IMG/VR virus record: IMGVR_UViG_3300043788_000134
Span: 1-64,000 of that record
Length of the DNA stretch: 64,000 nucleotides
DNA from: a virus
Strand: one strand, 5' to 3'
Within the stretch, counting starts at the first letter, position 1. Each line of letters begins with the position of its first letter. A program made the position numbers and the translations under genes. The notes under the pieces are model-generated. The model saw only the letters and a list, made by a program, of their open reading frames with translations. It had not been told where the DNA came from and ran no database searches. Positions 35,512-44,382 of the stretch are shown here, in pieces.

Positions 35512-35840
35512 GCAGACAAAAAGTTATCGATGGCCTCAGGGACGCCGTGTCCGGTAATCTGTCACGAGTCACCATTGAGGGTCAGGTTTGGCAGCGCACA
35601 TCGGCCGATCCAAACCCGATCCCACCGTTTTACTGTTCGCGCACGTTGCTTGGGTTTGCTGGCGGACCAGATCTCAATCGCATTACGCTCCAAATGCCGG
35701 GTCGCTATCACGACAGCAACCAAATCGTGCTATGCGAAATGAATGCAGCGCGCACCGACGATGACATAAAGCGCTGGAATAAACTTGCGGCGGAGTTGTC
35801 GCGCGTCTGGATCGAACTGAATCCACTAAAAAGACCTTAA
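35508..35840 (+). CDS. hypothetical protein
   Basis: ORF track, 110 aa. ATGA start/stop overlap with 35230-35511. Confidence 0.5.
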   Translation: MSRQKVIDGLRDAVSGNLSRVTIEGQVWQRTSADPNPIPPFYCSRTLLGFAGGPDLNRITLQMPGRYHDSNQIVLCEMNAARTDDDIKRWNKLAAELSRVWIELNPLKRP

Positions 35841-35931
35841 TGGACAAACAACGGTGACCGCGTATTTATCCCTTCACAGCATTTAAAGGTTGTGGTAGTG
35901 GGTAAGTGCGGTCTCGCTAGGAGATCGCTAA

Positions 35932-36975
35932 ATGCGCGAATGTACAGGTTGGTACAACTTAGACCATTTAAATTGGGTCTACGAAATCGAGGCCGCGGAG
36001 GCAGGGATGCGCGTTTCAGACAAGGTTCTGAAATGTGTGGTTTTCATTGGCGTTGAGAAGCCGGGTGGCTTCGAGCCAGTGGGGACCGGCTTCGTTGTAA
36101 TGGTGCCGCAAGGACAGGTTGGCTTCCAATACGTCGTGACAGCGCAGCATGTGCTTGATGGCCTCAGAGAGCCAATTTCAATCCGCGTCAATAGAAAGAA
36201 CGGCGAAGCCGAGCCCATCAAGCCACCATTTGGATGGTATTACCATCCAGATAACAGTCGCTTTGTTGATGTTGCTGTCGCGCCAATTCTCCTGCAATTG
36301 GATACGTATGACGTTATCCACATTAAGATGAAGGATTTTTGTGATTTGCAGTTTTTGCTTGAACGTGACGTCGGAGTTGGAGACGAACTTTTTTATCCGA
36401 GTCTTTTTATGCACCGTCGCGGATTACACAGAAACCATCCAGTTATGCGGTTTGGTGAACTTGCAGCGATGCCGTTAGAGCCGGTCATAACAAGGTCAGG
36501 ACCTATTTTGGCATACCTAATGGAAGGTCGCTCTATCGGGGGCCATAGCGGCGCGCCGGTTTTTATCAATTTTCTAGCACCCCGCACCTATTATTCAGAT
36601 CAGGTTGTACAGCTTCCACATCCCAATCAGGCGCAAGGCTACCGATTACTGGGGCTGATTCGCGGCTTTCTAAAAGCGAAGGATACGGGCGAGTACATAA
36701 CCGATGATCCGAAAGCAGAAGATTTGTGGATAAACTCTGGAATCTCAACTATCATTCCAACGTCAGAGATTTTTGAAACACTCATGCAGGATGATCTTGT
36801 GCAGCAACGAAACGAACACGCAAAGAGAGTTATAGACGGTCTCGCCGACGTACCAGCAAGTGCGCGTCCCGCAAGCGATTCGAAGCCTTTGGACGGCGAC
36901 GCCAATCCCAATCACCTAGCGGATTTCACACGTCTTGTAGACGTGGCAGCCCGAAAGCGGCCACAAGACGATTAA
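35932..36975 (+). CDS. trypsin-like (S1/Trypsin_2-type) serine protease, IS passenger
   Basis: The 347-aa ORF lies inside the IS. VVTAQHV (His), a later Asp, and GGHSGAPVF (GxSGxP Ser motif). The start may be the internal ATG at 36007. Confidence 0.65.
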   Translation: MRECTGWYNLDHLNWVYEIEAAEAGMRVSDKVLKCVVFIGVEKPGGFEPVGTGFVVMVPQGQVGFQYVVTAQHVLDGLREPISIRVNRKNGEAEPIKPPFGWYYHPDNSRFVDVAVAPILLQLDTYDVIHIKMKDFCDLQFLLERDVGVGDELFYPSLFMHRRGLHRNHPVMRFGELAAMPLEPVITRSGPILAYLMEGRSIGGHSGAPVFINFLAPRTYYSDQVVQLPHPNQAQGYRLLGLIRGFLKAKDTGEYITDDPKAEDLWINSGISTIIPTSEIFETLMQDDLVQQRNEHAKRVIDGLADVPASARPASDSKPLDGDANPNHLADFTRLVDVAARKRPQDD

Positions 36976-37822
36976 ACATCGCTTCATGTGAATTGCGGTA
37001 GTTGCGTCGATAGGTGAACTCGGCGACGTATTTCCACATGTGTTTCGCCGAAATATGGACGTGAGTGCCGCGTACTGCGCGCTTGAAATGTCCCCACTGT
37101 CCTTCAATCGTATTCGTGTGGTGGACGCCAGCAACCCATTGCTTCTTGCTGTGGTTGACGCGGCCAAGATCGAAGCCGTGCTTTAGATCGTTGTAGGAAT
37201 CCCATTCATCCGCCGTGAGGCGAGTGCCTTCCTTGACGTGGCCACGCACGATGGACTCCAATGTGTCTTGCGAAAGGTTCGGAATCGGGCCAGCGCGCAT
37301 TTTGCCGTCCCGTTCCACCATCCCGAACACAAGGCTCTTGTTCGATCCTTTAGTGCGGCGCTCGCGGTTGCTCTGATAACCGCCCATAACCGTTTCGTCG
37401 ATTTCAACGTGCTTGCCATCGCCACCGAGAGGGCCGCCAAAGTCGGCCGACGCCATCAGCTTCCGCAGTTCGTGGCACATCCGCCAAGCGCACTTATAGG
37501 TCACGCCTAGCTGCCTCTGGACCTCCGCAGCGGCCACGCCATGGCGGGTGCTGGTCATGAGGTACATCGCGAAAAACCACTTGGTGAGGTTCGTGCGGCT
37601 CTTGTGGAAGATCGTACCGGCAGCCGGGTAAATGTGGTGGCCGCAATGCTGGCACACGAACGCCCGGCGCTTGGCGAGGGGATGGAATTTCGAATCGGCG
37701 CCGCAGCCCGGGCAGGTGATTTCGGTCCCGCCGTAGTTCACCTCCATCAATTTACGGAGGCAGGCCGCGTCGTCCGGGTAAATCGCCTGGAAGGCCTTAA
37801 AAGTGTGGGTTCCTGGCTTCAT
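36926..37822 (-). CDS. IS1595-family (ISXO2-like DDE) transposase
   Basis: 298 aa. N-terminal Zn-ribbon CPGCG...CQHCG. C-terminal NTIEGQWGHFKR...HISAKHMWKYVAEFTYRRNYR is typical of the family. Confidence 0.85.
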   Translation of the reverse strand: MKPGTHTFKAFQAIYPDDAACLRKLMEVNYGGTEITCPGCGADSKFHPLAKRRAFVCQHCGHHIYPAAGTIFHKSRTNLTKWFFAMYLMTSTRHGVAAAEVQRQLGVTYKCAWRMCHELRKLMASADFGGPLGGDGKHVEIDETVMGGYQSNRERRTKGSNKSLVFGMVERDGKMRAGPIPNLSQDTLESIVRGHVKEGTRLTADEWDSYNDLKHGFDLGRVNHSKKQWVAGVHHTNTIEGQWGHFKRAVRGTHVHISAKHMWKYVAEFTYRRNYRNSHEAMFNRLVAAFGLPRLQDV

Positions 37823-37893
37823 GACTATCCCCTACCCTCGATTGTGGGGATACCCTATCAACCCTTATAAATGCTGTCAAGGGATAAATACGC

Positions 37894-37940
37894 GGTGACC
37901 GATGATCCCCTCAGCAATCGCTCCGCGCAGATGACCCAAC
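37894..37940 (+). repeat. TGACC-box intergenic element, class B1 (IS inserted at its GGTGACC end)
   Basis: GGTGACCGATGATCCCCTCAGCAATCGCTCCGCGCAGATGACCCAAC. The duplicated GGTGACC at 35853-35859 is the other half of the target site. Confidence 0.85.
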
Positions 37941-38374
37941 CTAAACCCCAACGCATCACCCCGCCGGCGGCCCCAGGCGCATTGCTCAAGCGTGCCTTCG
38001 GCCTCGCCCAGCGCATCAAACTCCGCGACAGCAACGATCGCGATCCAGTCTATCTGGCCTTAGTCCGGCAGTGTCCTTGCCTCAAATGCGGAATGGACCC
38101 GTGTGGCGAAGCGGCTCACGTCCGATTCAACTCCGGCGCCCACGGCAAGCACAACGGCTTAGGCAAAAAGCCTGCCGATCGCTTCGCGCTGCCGCTTTGC
38201 GCCGGCTGTCACCGCGAAGATAACGACGCGCAACACAAAATCGGGGAACTTGAATTCTGGAACCGCGTCGGGCTTAATCCAATTCTCACCGCGGCAAAGC
38301 TTTACGCCGCCAAAGGCGACATCGTGCGAATGCGTGCGGTCGTGTTTGCTGTAGTAGCATCGCGACGATCCTGA
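37931..38374 (+). CDS. HNH/Zn-binding nuclease-like protein (DUF968/Ref-like)
   Basis: ORF 37871-38374. The only plausible ATG is 37931, inside the element (MTQPKPQRITPP...). CLKCG...AAHV...PLCAGCHR...H pattern. Confidence 0.55.
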   Translation: MTQPKPQRITPPAAPGALLKRAFGLAQRIKLRDSNDRDPVYLALVRQCPCLKCGMDPCGEAAHVRFNSGAHGKHNGLGKKPADRFALPLCAGCHREDNDAQHKIGELEFWNRVGLNPILTAAKLYAAKGDIVRMRAVVFAVVASRRS

Positions 38375-38421
38375 TTGAGGATCACGGCGAGTTGGCCATA
38401 CATACCGGGGGAGATTGAAGG

Positions 38422-38661
38422 ATGTTGAATAAGTCCGCGCATAAGACCAAGGCGCAGATTAAACGGTCGCACGACGACATGGCCCGCTTTATTCGCGCGT
38501 TGTGTCAGCGGAGTGACGAGATTCATTATTGCCGAGCCGATGATGCCGAGGAACGATATCAAAGGGCGCTTGTCCTTTTGCGCCGCGCTGGTTTCCCGTA
38601 TGAACGTAAAGTACCGGATGTTCCCGTACATGCGTCTGCAAAGAGCGGAGAGTCGAAGTGA
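38422..38661 (+). CDS. hypothetical protein (AT-richer region)
   Basis: ORF track, 79 aa, GGGGGAG RBS. It competes with the minus-strand ORF 38302-38721, so strand choice is uncertain. Confidence 0.35.
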   Translation: MLNKSAHKTKAQIKRSHDDMARFIRALCQRSDEIHYCRADDAEERYQRALVLLRRAGFPYERKVPDVPVHASAKSGESK

Positions 38662-38818
38662 TATTTCCTCGTGACGGTTCTGACTATCCTCTCTGGCTTT
38701 TGCTCTCCACCAAGAAAGCATTATTTCGTTGCATGGAGGACCCGGAGCTGGAAGATGCGCGATCCAGGAGCGTGAGTGAGGGGACTTTAGTCCTACGAAA
38801 ATAATTTGTATGGGCCTA

Positions 38819-38847
38819 TTGACTTGTTAGCGGACAACGCGTTTATA
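38819..38847 (+). promoter_or_regulatory. sigma70-like promoter candidate TTGACT-N17-TTTATA
   Basis: ttgacttgttagcggacaacgcgtttata lies about 27 nt upstream of a small ORF (ATG 38874) and the HTH gene 38984-39187. Confidence 0.45.
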
Positions 38848-38983
38848 GCGATTGTTGAGAACGGGAGAACGCGATGTCAAAGCCCAAGAAAACTCAAGCC
38901 CAGCGGTGGACCGAAGCGCAGTTGGCCGGTTGGACCGACGATCTCTTTCCGTTGTGGGCGACCATGGAAAAGGCGCAAGGCCG

Positions 38984-39187
38984 ATGAACGCTGATGCTGT
39001 GCGGGACCTCTTGGCGAAGGCAGTTGAGCGAGCTGGTACGCTTCGCCAATGGGCGCGCGATCACGAACTCTCGGCGGCCTATGTCAGCGATGTTCTAGCG
39101 AAGCGCCGGGAGCCGGGACCGTCTATCTGCGGCGCCCTTGGCGTGACGGCAGAGCGAGGCGAGACTATCTATCGCAAAGCGAAGTAA
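38984..39187 (+). CDS. small HTH-like regulator
   Basis: Frame of ORF 38852-39187. ATG 38984 overlaps the stop of a 37-codon upstream ORF. GTLRQWARDHELSAAYVSDVLAKRR is HTH-like. Confidence 0.5.
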   Translation: MNADAVRDLLAKAVERAGTLRQWARDHELSAAYVSDVLAKRREPGPSICGALGVTAERGETIYRKAK

Positions 39188-39234
39188 ACAAAGCTCGGCA
39201 TTGAGCCGGAAGTCAGCTACCGAAGGGTGAAGTC

Positions 39235-39474
39235 ATGACATGCGATCGACGGACTATTGGCGGAGTTTGCGCAGCCGGATTTCCGGTTAACTCAAAGGCG
39301 TGCCCGAAATGTGGTGCAACGTCGGAGCAGATGTGCGGGCAATTAGTGCCTCAGTTGCTCGCACTCAAAGCGATGGTAGAGGCTTACAAAGATAGCTGTC
39401 CTGATGCCGAGCAGCCTTCCATGGTGAAAAATGCCTCGGCGCTTTTGGCCGAGCAGATGGAAGCCACTCCGTGA
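39235..39474 (+). CDS. small Cys-containing protein
   Basis: ORF track, 79 aa. CPKCG motif. Confidence 0.5.
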   Translation: MTCDRRTIGGVCAAGFPVNSKACPKCGATSEQMCGQLVPQLLALKAMVEAYKDSCPDAEQPSMVKNASALLAEQMEATP

Positions 39475-39479
39475 TTTAA

Positions 39480-39506
39480 GCGCGGTCATCCGCAGTGAAT
39501 GAGGGA
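39480..39506 (+). repeat. gene-junction repeat GCGCGGTCATCCGCA(G/A)TGAA(T/C)GAGG, copy 1
   Basis: gcgcggtcatccgcagtgaatgaggga sits immediately upstream of 39499-39753. A second copy is at 39756-39780. Confidence 0.7.
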
Positions 39507-39753
39507 AGTCGTGGGTACGATCTGGATAACGAAATACGCTTTGACTGGTGGCATCAAGACAATCGAAGCGGAGCCAGATGGTCAGTATGTCGGCTGGAAA
39601 GCGAATGGCTATCAGTGTTCAGCATGGGGCGAAGGAAAGCAATGGACGCGCTCGCATGAGGCGGCCATAAAGCGGGCCGAAGAAATGAAGCGTTCCAAAA
39701 TCTCATCGCTCAAGAAGCAAATCGCGAAGCTCGAAAAGCTTTCATTTTCATGA
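39499..39753 (+). CDS. hypothetical protein
   Basis: ORF track, 84 aa. The start may instead be the GTG at 39511. Confidence 0.5.
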   Translation: MREVVGTIWITKYALTGGIKTIEAEPDGQYVGWKANGYQCSAWGEGKQWTRSHEAAIKRAEEMKRSKISSLKKQIAKLEKLSFS

Positions 39754-40064
39754 TTGCGCGGTCATCCGCAATGAACGAGGCAACAATCATGCTGACCCGT
39801 GCCGAAGTAAACGCGCTCTTTGCTGTTCGCGATGGGAAGGTAACACGCGTCTATCGAGCCAACGGCAACGTCATGCGTGGTCCAAAAGGCATCGGCGCGG
39901 CGACGCTGTGGCGCCTCGATGCGAAACGATTGATTGCGGATGGACGCTCGAACGGTGGCTGTTATGAGACTCGCTGCCCGATGGAGTTGACGAGCGCCGG
40001 CACCGCTGCGCTGGACTGGGCTGCGGCACATCAACCAGCAGCGTGCCGGCGCAGTAATCTATAA
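39750..40064 (+). CDS. hypothetical protein
   Basis: ORF track, 104 aa. The start may be an internal ATG (39771 or 39789). Confidence 0.5.
   Translation: MIARSSAMNEATIMLTRAEVNALFAVRDGKVTRVYRANGNVMRGPKGIGAATLWRLDAKRLIADGRSNGGCYETRCPMELTSAGTAALDWAAAHQPAACRRSNL
39756..39780 (+). repeat. gene-junction repeat, copy 2
   Basis: gcgcggtcatccgcaatgaacgagg. Confidence 0.7.
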
Positions 40065-40074
40065 TAGGTGACGA

Positions 40075-40383
40075 ATGTTTTACGTAGGCCAAAAAGTTGT
40101 GTGTATCAGGGAAGATTGGCGAGGCGGTTACGGAGACGAAGAACTGCCACGGAAAGGAAGAGTCTACACCATACGCGGAATTGATCTCATTAGAGGCACC
40201 TGTTCCGATCAGGTTGGCTTGTGGCTGGAAGAAATTGTAAACGAGCCGCGCATTTATGAAGGGGGACTTTGCGATGAAGTCAGCTTCGGGCATCAAAAAT
40301 TTCGCCCACTCGTTGTGCGTAGGACCGATATTTCTCTCTTTCAAAAGATGCTGACGCCGAAAAAGGAAAACGCTTATCTCTAA
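40075..40383 (+). CDS. hypothetical protein
   Basis: ORF track, 102 aa. Confidence 0.5.
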   Translation: MFYVGQKVVCIREDWRGGYGDEELPRKGRVYTIRGIDLIRGTCSDQVGLWLEEIVNEPRIYEGGLCDEVSFGHQKFRPLVVRRTDISLFQKMLTPKKENAYL

Positions 40384-40396
40384 TAGGAGCTGAGAC

Positions 40397-40654
40397 ATGA
40401 CGACGAACGGAAGCAATTACAGTCGAGTAATCAAACAACGGTGGGCAAACCCGGTTATGTATCTCGGGATAGCGTGCCCAACAGGAGCCGCAAGCTGGCT
40501 TCTCGCTACACACGTTGCATGGGGCGCTAGTGCCAACTTCACAGACCTGTGGCTCGGGCTCGTGTCCGTCATCGTGGGTATTGGTGCCGTCTGCGCCGGT
40601 GTCGGGGGCGTTCTTGAAACCATCGATGCAGTGAACAAAACGCTGCTCGACTAG
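40397..40654 (+). CDS. membrane protein
   Basis: ORF track, 85 aa. Two hydrophobic helices (YLGIACPTGAASWLLA and LGLVSVIVGIGAVCAGVGGVL). Confidence 0.5.
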   Translation: MTTNGSNYSRVIKQRWANPVMYLGIACPTGAASWLLATHVAWGASANFTDLWLGLVSVIVGIGAVCAGVGGVLETIDAVNKTLLD

Positions 40655-40680
40655 TCGCAATCCTTTCCAATGAATGAGGG

Positions 40681-40890
40681 ATGATGATGGGACTAGGACC
40701 ATGGGCACAGGGCGAGTTGATCCGCGACGTTCAGCGCGCGGAGCGCCAGCGATTTCATCGGCTGATCTTTGCCGCTCGAATGGAAATGCACCGCCGCGTG
40801 CCGCGCGGAAAGGCGCGAACGGACTTCGGCGAAGTGTTGGATAACCTCAAGACCAAGATCACCCCGAAGCGCAAGCGCGATAATTCGTGA
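40681..40890 (+). CDS. hypothetical protein
   Basis: ORF track, 69 aa. Preceded by AATGAATGAGGGA. Confidence 0.45.
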   Translation: MMMGLGPWAQGELIRDVQRAERQRFHRLIFAARMEMHRRVPRGKARTDFGEVLDNLKTKITPKRKRDNS

Positions 40891-40912
40891 AGAATGAGGA
40901 AAGGAAAAGATT

Positions 40913-41080
40913 ATGGGTAAGGTCAATGCACTATACCAGCAGCAACGCGAGGACAAGTTTAACGCCCTCGTAAAGCAATTTCGAGCGAACGGCTATTCGC
41001 GTGAGGAAGCCGAAAAAATGGCCGAGTACGATATGCGGCAAGACGACGAGGACAACAGCCAATTTGGAGTCGGTGCTTAA
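40913..41080 (+). CDS. hypothetical small protein (55 aa; below ORF-track cutoff)
   Basis: ATG 40913 follows GAGGAAAGGAAAAG. Sequence MGKVNALYQQQREDKFNALVKQFRANGYSREEAEKMAEYDMRQDDEDNSQFGVGA. TAA at 41078. Confidence 0.4.
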   Translation: MGKVNALYQQQREDKFNALVKQFRANGYSREEAEKMAEYDMRQDDEDNSQFGVGA

Positions 41081-41163
41081 TGACCCTCCCGGCGGTAACT
41101 CATAAGGAACGCGGACAGTGAGTAGACCGACCTTGATGCGCCGTGAAGGCTGAGGAGATCGAA

Positions 41164-42216
41164 ATGCCAAGCATTCAGCTTGCGGCGAAAGATCGAGACA
41201 TCGTCGCCTCCCTCTGGACAAAAGCGGACGGCGCATCCGAGAGCCAGCGCATCGACGCTATTGAGAAGCAGATCGGGCGTTCGCTTACACGCGGCTGGTG
41301 TCGCCTTCATTTCGGCTTTCCGGGAGGCAAGCAAACCGTTTTCCTAGCAAAGAAATCGCCTGCCGAAATTCGCAGGAAAAATGCTGGCCGATGGCCTTAC
41401 CAGCGCGCTGCTACCGGGGAAGTAATGCACGTCGGCATGAACTATTTGTCGGAGCTAGTCGTGCGTCCCGGCATTCGCAAATATCTTGAACCGCTCTGCC
41501 TCTACCGTGGACAAATGAGCCCAGGGCACGCGCACCGGTATTGGAATTTCGTTCTGCTTATGATGGCAGCCGAAGCCGAGACGCTTGCCGACGGGATTAG
41601 ACTTTACGGTAATGAGGCGTTCGCCCAACTGTGCGGCCCACAGCGGGCGCCATCTCGGATGACGCTGCATAGTTTCTTCGGGCGGCTTTGGGACAATCGA
41701 GACGTGACGGATGAAATATCCGGACTGACCGATTACGTTCGGTCTCTCGAAATCGGGCCGTGCCGCCTAGCGCCGGTCCCTCACGTCACTCAAGAACGCT
41801 ATTGCGCGTCATGGCGCATTTCCGATCATCCTGAATGGGACCCGAAGGCAGAACGTCCCGAGAGCGGCGTTCGTGCCCTTTATTATCCCTATCTGGCCCA
41901 CAATCCCAAGAAGCCGGACGACGGCCGCGACCTTGTCTTGCTTGCCAATTCGCTGGTCCCAACTTACTGGCCCGATTTTGCCCGCGCCGATCTGTGTCAG
42001 GAACTCATCGTCGCGATTCTCTCCAGCGAAACGACCAAAGAGAACGCTCACGACTACATGCAAAAGGCTAAGCGAAAATTCTTTAAGGATCAGCCGTTCC
42101 TTTATGAACAGGGTCAGCTTGCGCCAAAATCCATGGACGCTCCTTTCGGAGCAGAAGATGATCGAACACTACATGACGTTATAGCGGATCGTCTGACAAT
42201 GGACGTAGAGCCATGA
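41164..42216 (+). CDS. integrase-associated protein of unknown function
   Basis: ORF 41143-42216. ATG 41164 follows GAGGAG. Its stop overlaps the integrase ATG (ATGA). Confidence 0.55.
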   Translation: MPSIQLAAKDRDIVASLWTKADGASESQRIDAIEKQIGRSLTRGWCRLHFGFPGGKQTVFLAKKSPAEIRRKNAGRWPYQRAATGEVMHVGMNYLSELVVRPGIRKYLEPLCLYRGQMSPGHAHRYWNFVLLMMAAEAETLADGIRLYGNEAFAQLCGPQRAPSRMTLHSFFGRLWDNRDVTDEISGLTDYVRSLEIGPCRLAPVPHVTQERYCASWRISDHPEWDPKAERPESGVRALYYPYLAHNPKKPDDGRDLVLLANSLVPTYWPDFARADLCQELIVAILSSETTKENAHDYMQKAKRKFFKDQPFLYEQGQLAPKSMDAPFGAEDDRTLHDVIADRLTMDVEP

Positions 42217-43163
42217 ACCTCTCCGCGCTCATTCACGATTACCGTGCCGACACGGCATCGCCTTACGGCAAGCTGCGGATCGGCACGCGCCAGCGATACG
42301 ATTCGCTGCTGCGCCGGATCGAGCGTGATCTAGGCGAGCGCGATGTCAGCACGATCAAGGGCCGCGACCTGACGGTGGCCTACGAGGAATGGGCCAAGAG
42401 CGGTGTTCCCATGGCCCACGGCTTGATGCAGATGCTTCGGACGATAGCTGGCTACGGTGCCACGCTGCTCGATGACGAAGCCTGCGCGACGCTGGCAACG
42501 AAGATGCGGTTCCTTCGGTTCAAGATGGGCCAGCCGCGCCAGGTCAGGATCACGGCACCCCAAGTGGTCGCCATCCGCCGGCAAGCGCACCTGATGGGCC
42601 TGCACTCAATCGCCCGCGCGCAAGCCCTGCAATTCGAGGGGACGTTTCGCCAAAGGGACGTGATCGGGGAATGGGTGCCGATCTCCGAGCCCGGCGAAAG
42701 CTATGTGGAGTGGGAAGGCCGGAAGTGGCTTCGCGGGCTGCGGTGGGAAGAAATCGACGCCGACCGCGTGCTTCGCCACATCACTAGCAAGAAGCAAAAG
42801 GAAGTCGAGATCGACCTTAAGCTGGCCGATATGGTGATGCAGGAGTTCGGCGCCGTCGAGTGGCCGAAGCGCGGCCCCGTCATCACCGCCGAAGCGACCG
42901 GCAAGCCTTGGACCGCCGTCGAGTTCCGCCGCATGTGGCGCGTCGTGGCGCGCGAAGCGGGCATCCCTGATGAGATCAGGAACATGGACTCCAGGGCCGG
43001 CGCTATCAGCGAAGCCACCGACGCGGGCGCGAGCCTCGAAATGGTGCGCCACGCGGCAACGCACTCTGATGTGGCGACAACAGCGCGCTATAGCCGCAAC
43101 GCGCCGGACAAGATCAAGGAAGTTCAACGGCTACGATTGCAGCATAGGGAAACAACGCCATGA
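42213..43163 (+). CDS. int: tyrosine recombinase / phage integrase
   Basis: 316 aa. The C-terminal MVRHAATHSDVATTARYSRN (H-x-x-R ... Y) and upstream R residue are typical of the tyrosine recombinase catalytic domain. Confidence 0.8.
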   Translation: MNLSALIHDYRADTASPYGKLRIGTRQRYDSLLRRIERDLGERDVSTIKGRDLTVAYEEWAKSGVPMAHGLMQMLRTIAGYGATLLDDEACATLATKMRFLRFKMGQPRQVRITAPQVVAIRRQAHLMGLHSIARAQALQFEGTFRQRDVIGEWVPISEPGESYVEWEGRKWLRGLRWEEIDADRVLRHITSKKQKEVEIDLKLADMVMQEFGAVEWPKRGPVITAEATGKPWTAVEFRRMWRVVAREAGIPDEIRNMDSRAGAISEATDAGASLEMVRHAATHSDVATTARYSRNAPDKIKEVQRLRLQHRETTP

Positions 43164-44065
43164 CGCCGCTTTGCATCTATCACGGAAACTGCGCTGACGG
43201 ATTTACGGCGGCTTGGGCGGTTCATAAGGCACTCGGCCGCGACGTTGAATATCACGCCGGCGTCTATGGCAAAGAGCCGCCAGATGTGACCGGCCGGGAC
43301 GTAGTGATGGTCGATTTCAGCTACAAGCGCCCAGTGCTGGACACTATGACCGCCAAAGCCGGCTCAATCCTTATTCTCGATCACCACAAGACCGCCGCCG
43401 AGGACCTTGCCGGCTTCGCTGATGCGCCCTCGTTCGGCGGATGGCGAGCAGCAGCGTGGAATCAAAAGCTATCTGCCGGCATTCGCACCGTGACTGTATT
43501 TGATATGGGGCGAAGCGGAGCACAGATCACTTGGGACTATTTCCATGCGGAGCCGCGCCCATTGTTGGTCGATTATGTTGGCGACCGTGACCTTTGGCGC
43601 TTTAAGCTGCCGCAATCACGCGAGGTTAATGCCTACGTATTCGCCCACGAATACACCTTTGAGAATTGGGATAGCTTGGACCGCCTCATACAGGGTGGTC
43701 TTGGCGTCTCGGCTGTTGCCGATATGGGTGCGGCCATCGAGAAAAAGCATCACAAGGATGTAGCCGAACTCGTGGCGACGACCAAGCGACGCATGGTGAT
43801 CGGCGGCCATGAAATTTGGGTCGCCAACATCCCCTATACGCTGACGAGCGACGCCGGGAACCTCATGGCGCAGGGCGAGCCGTTTGCAGCTTGCTATTGG
43901 GACACGCCGAACGGCCGCGTGTTCTCGCTTCGCTCAACCGACGACGGCCTCGACGTGAGCGCCATCGCCAAGAGCTACGGCGGCGGCGGTCATGCTCACG
44001 CCAGCGGCTTTCAAAAGCCGCTCGGGTGGGAAGGCGATGTCCCCGCGATAAGGGAGGCAGAATGA
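43160..44065 (+). CDS. DHH/DHHA1-family phosphoesterase (NrnA/RecJ-like)
   Basis: 301 aa. HGNCADGFTAAW (motif I-like), ILDHHKT (DHH) and GGGGHAHASGF (DHHA1 GGGH). Confidence 0.75.
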   Translation: MTPLCIYHGNCADGFTAAWAVHKALGRDVEYHAGVYGKEPPDVTGRDVVMVDFSYKRPVLDTMTAKAGSILILDHHKTAAEDLAGFADAPSFGGWRAAAWNQKLSAGIRTVTVFDMGRSGAQITWDYFHAEPRPLLVDYVGDRDLWRFKLPQSREVNAYVFAHEYTFENWDSLDRLIQGGLGVSAVADMGAAIEKKHHKDVAELVATTKRRMVIGGHEIWVANIPYTLTSDAGNLMAQGEPFAACYWDTPNGRVFSLRSTDDGLDVSAIAKSYGGGGHAHASGFQKPLGWEGDVPAIREAE

Positions 44066-44346
44066 TGGAAGTTGATCCGGACGATGCGCTGGCATTCAAG
44101 AAATACGTCATGGAGCGTAGTCGCGATCCAAATGAGGTTCCGAGCGCGAGGCAGCGCGCCTTGATGGCCTGTCTCGTTATTCCCAATGAAATTCAGAAGT
44201 GGATGATCGAGGTTGGGGCCGTTGAACCATTGTTGGACAGCATCGAAGCCACAATTGTCGCGGCCGAGCAGGCGCAAAAATCAGCTCAGTCAGCACCGGA
44301 TCGCAATAGTGATTTTTGGAGATTTGTCGGTGATATAGGCCGCTAA
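44062..44346 (+). CDS. hypothetical protein
   Basis: Frame of ORF 43816-44346. ATG 44062 follows AGGGAGG and overlaps the DHH stop. Confidence 0.5.
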   Translation: MMEVDPDDALAFKKYVMERSRDPNEVPSARQRALMACLVIPNEIQKWMIEVGAVEPLLDSIEATIVAAEQAQKSAQSAPDRNSDFWRFVGDIGR

Positions 44347-44382
44347 AGTTTTAAGTCAGTCTGAACTCAAAGGAGCGGGAAG

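Larger units (their letters stand above)
35860..37893. mobile_element. IS1595-family insertion sequence carrying a passenger protease gene
   Basis: Imperfect ~30 bp terminal inverted repeats: GCGTATTTATCCCTTCACAGCATTTAAAGG on the left, and the reverse complement of the right end is GCGTATTTATCCCTTGACAGCATTTATAAGG. A direct repeat (C)GGTGACC flanks both ends (35853-35859 and 37894-37900). The transposase is at 36926-37822. Confidence 0.8.

Noticed and set aside
38302-38721. The minus-strand 139-aa ORF in the AT-richer gap after the HNH-like gene.
   Set aside because: It runs against the direction of the whole early arm, has no RBS and overlaps a plus-strand ORF with a good RBS. Neither is strongly supported, so I kept the plus-strand ORF at low confidence.
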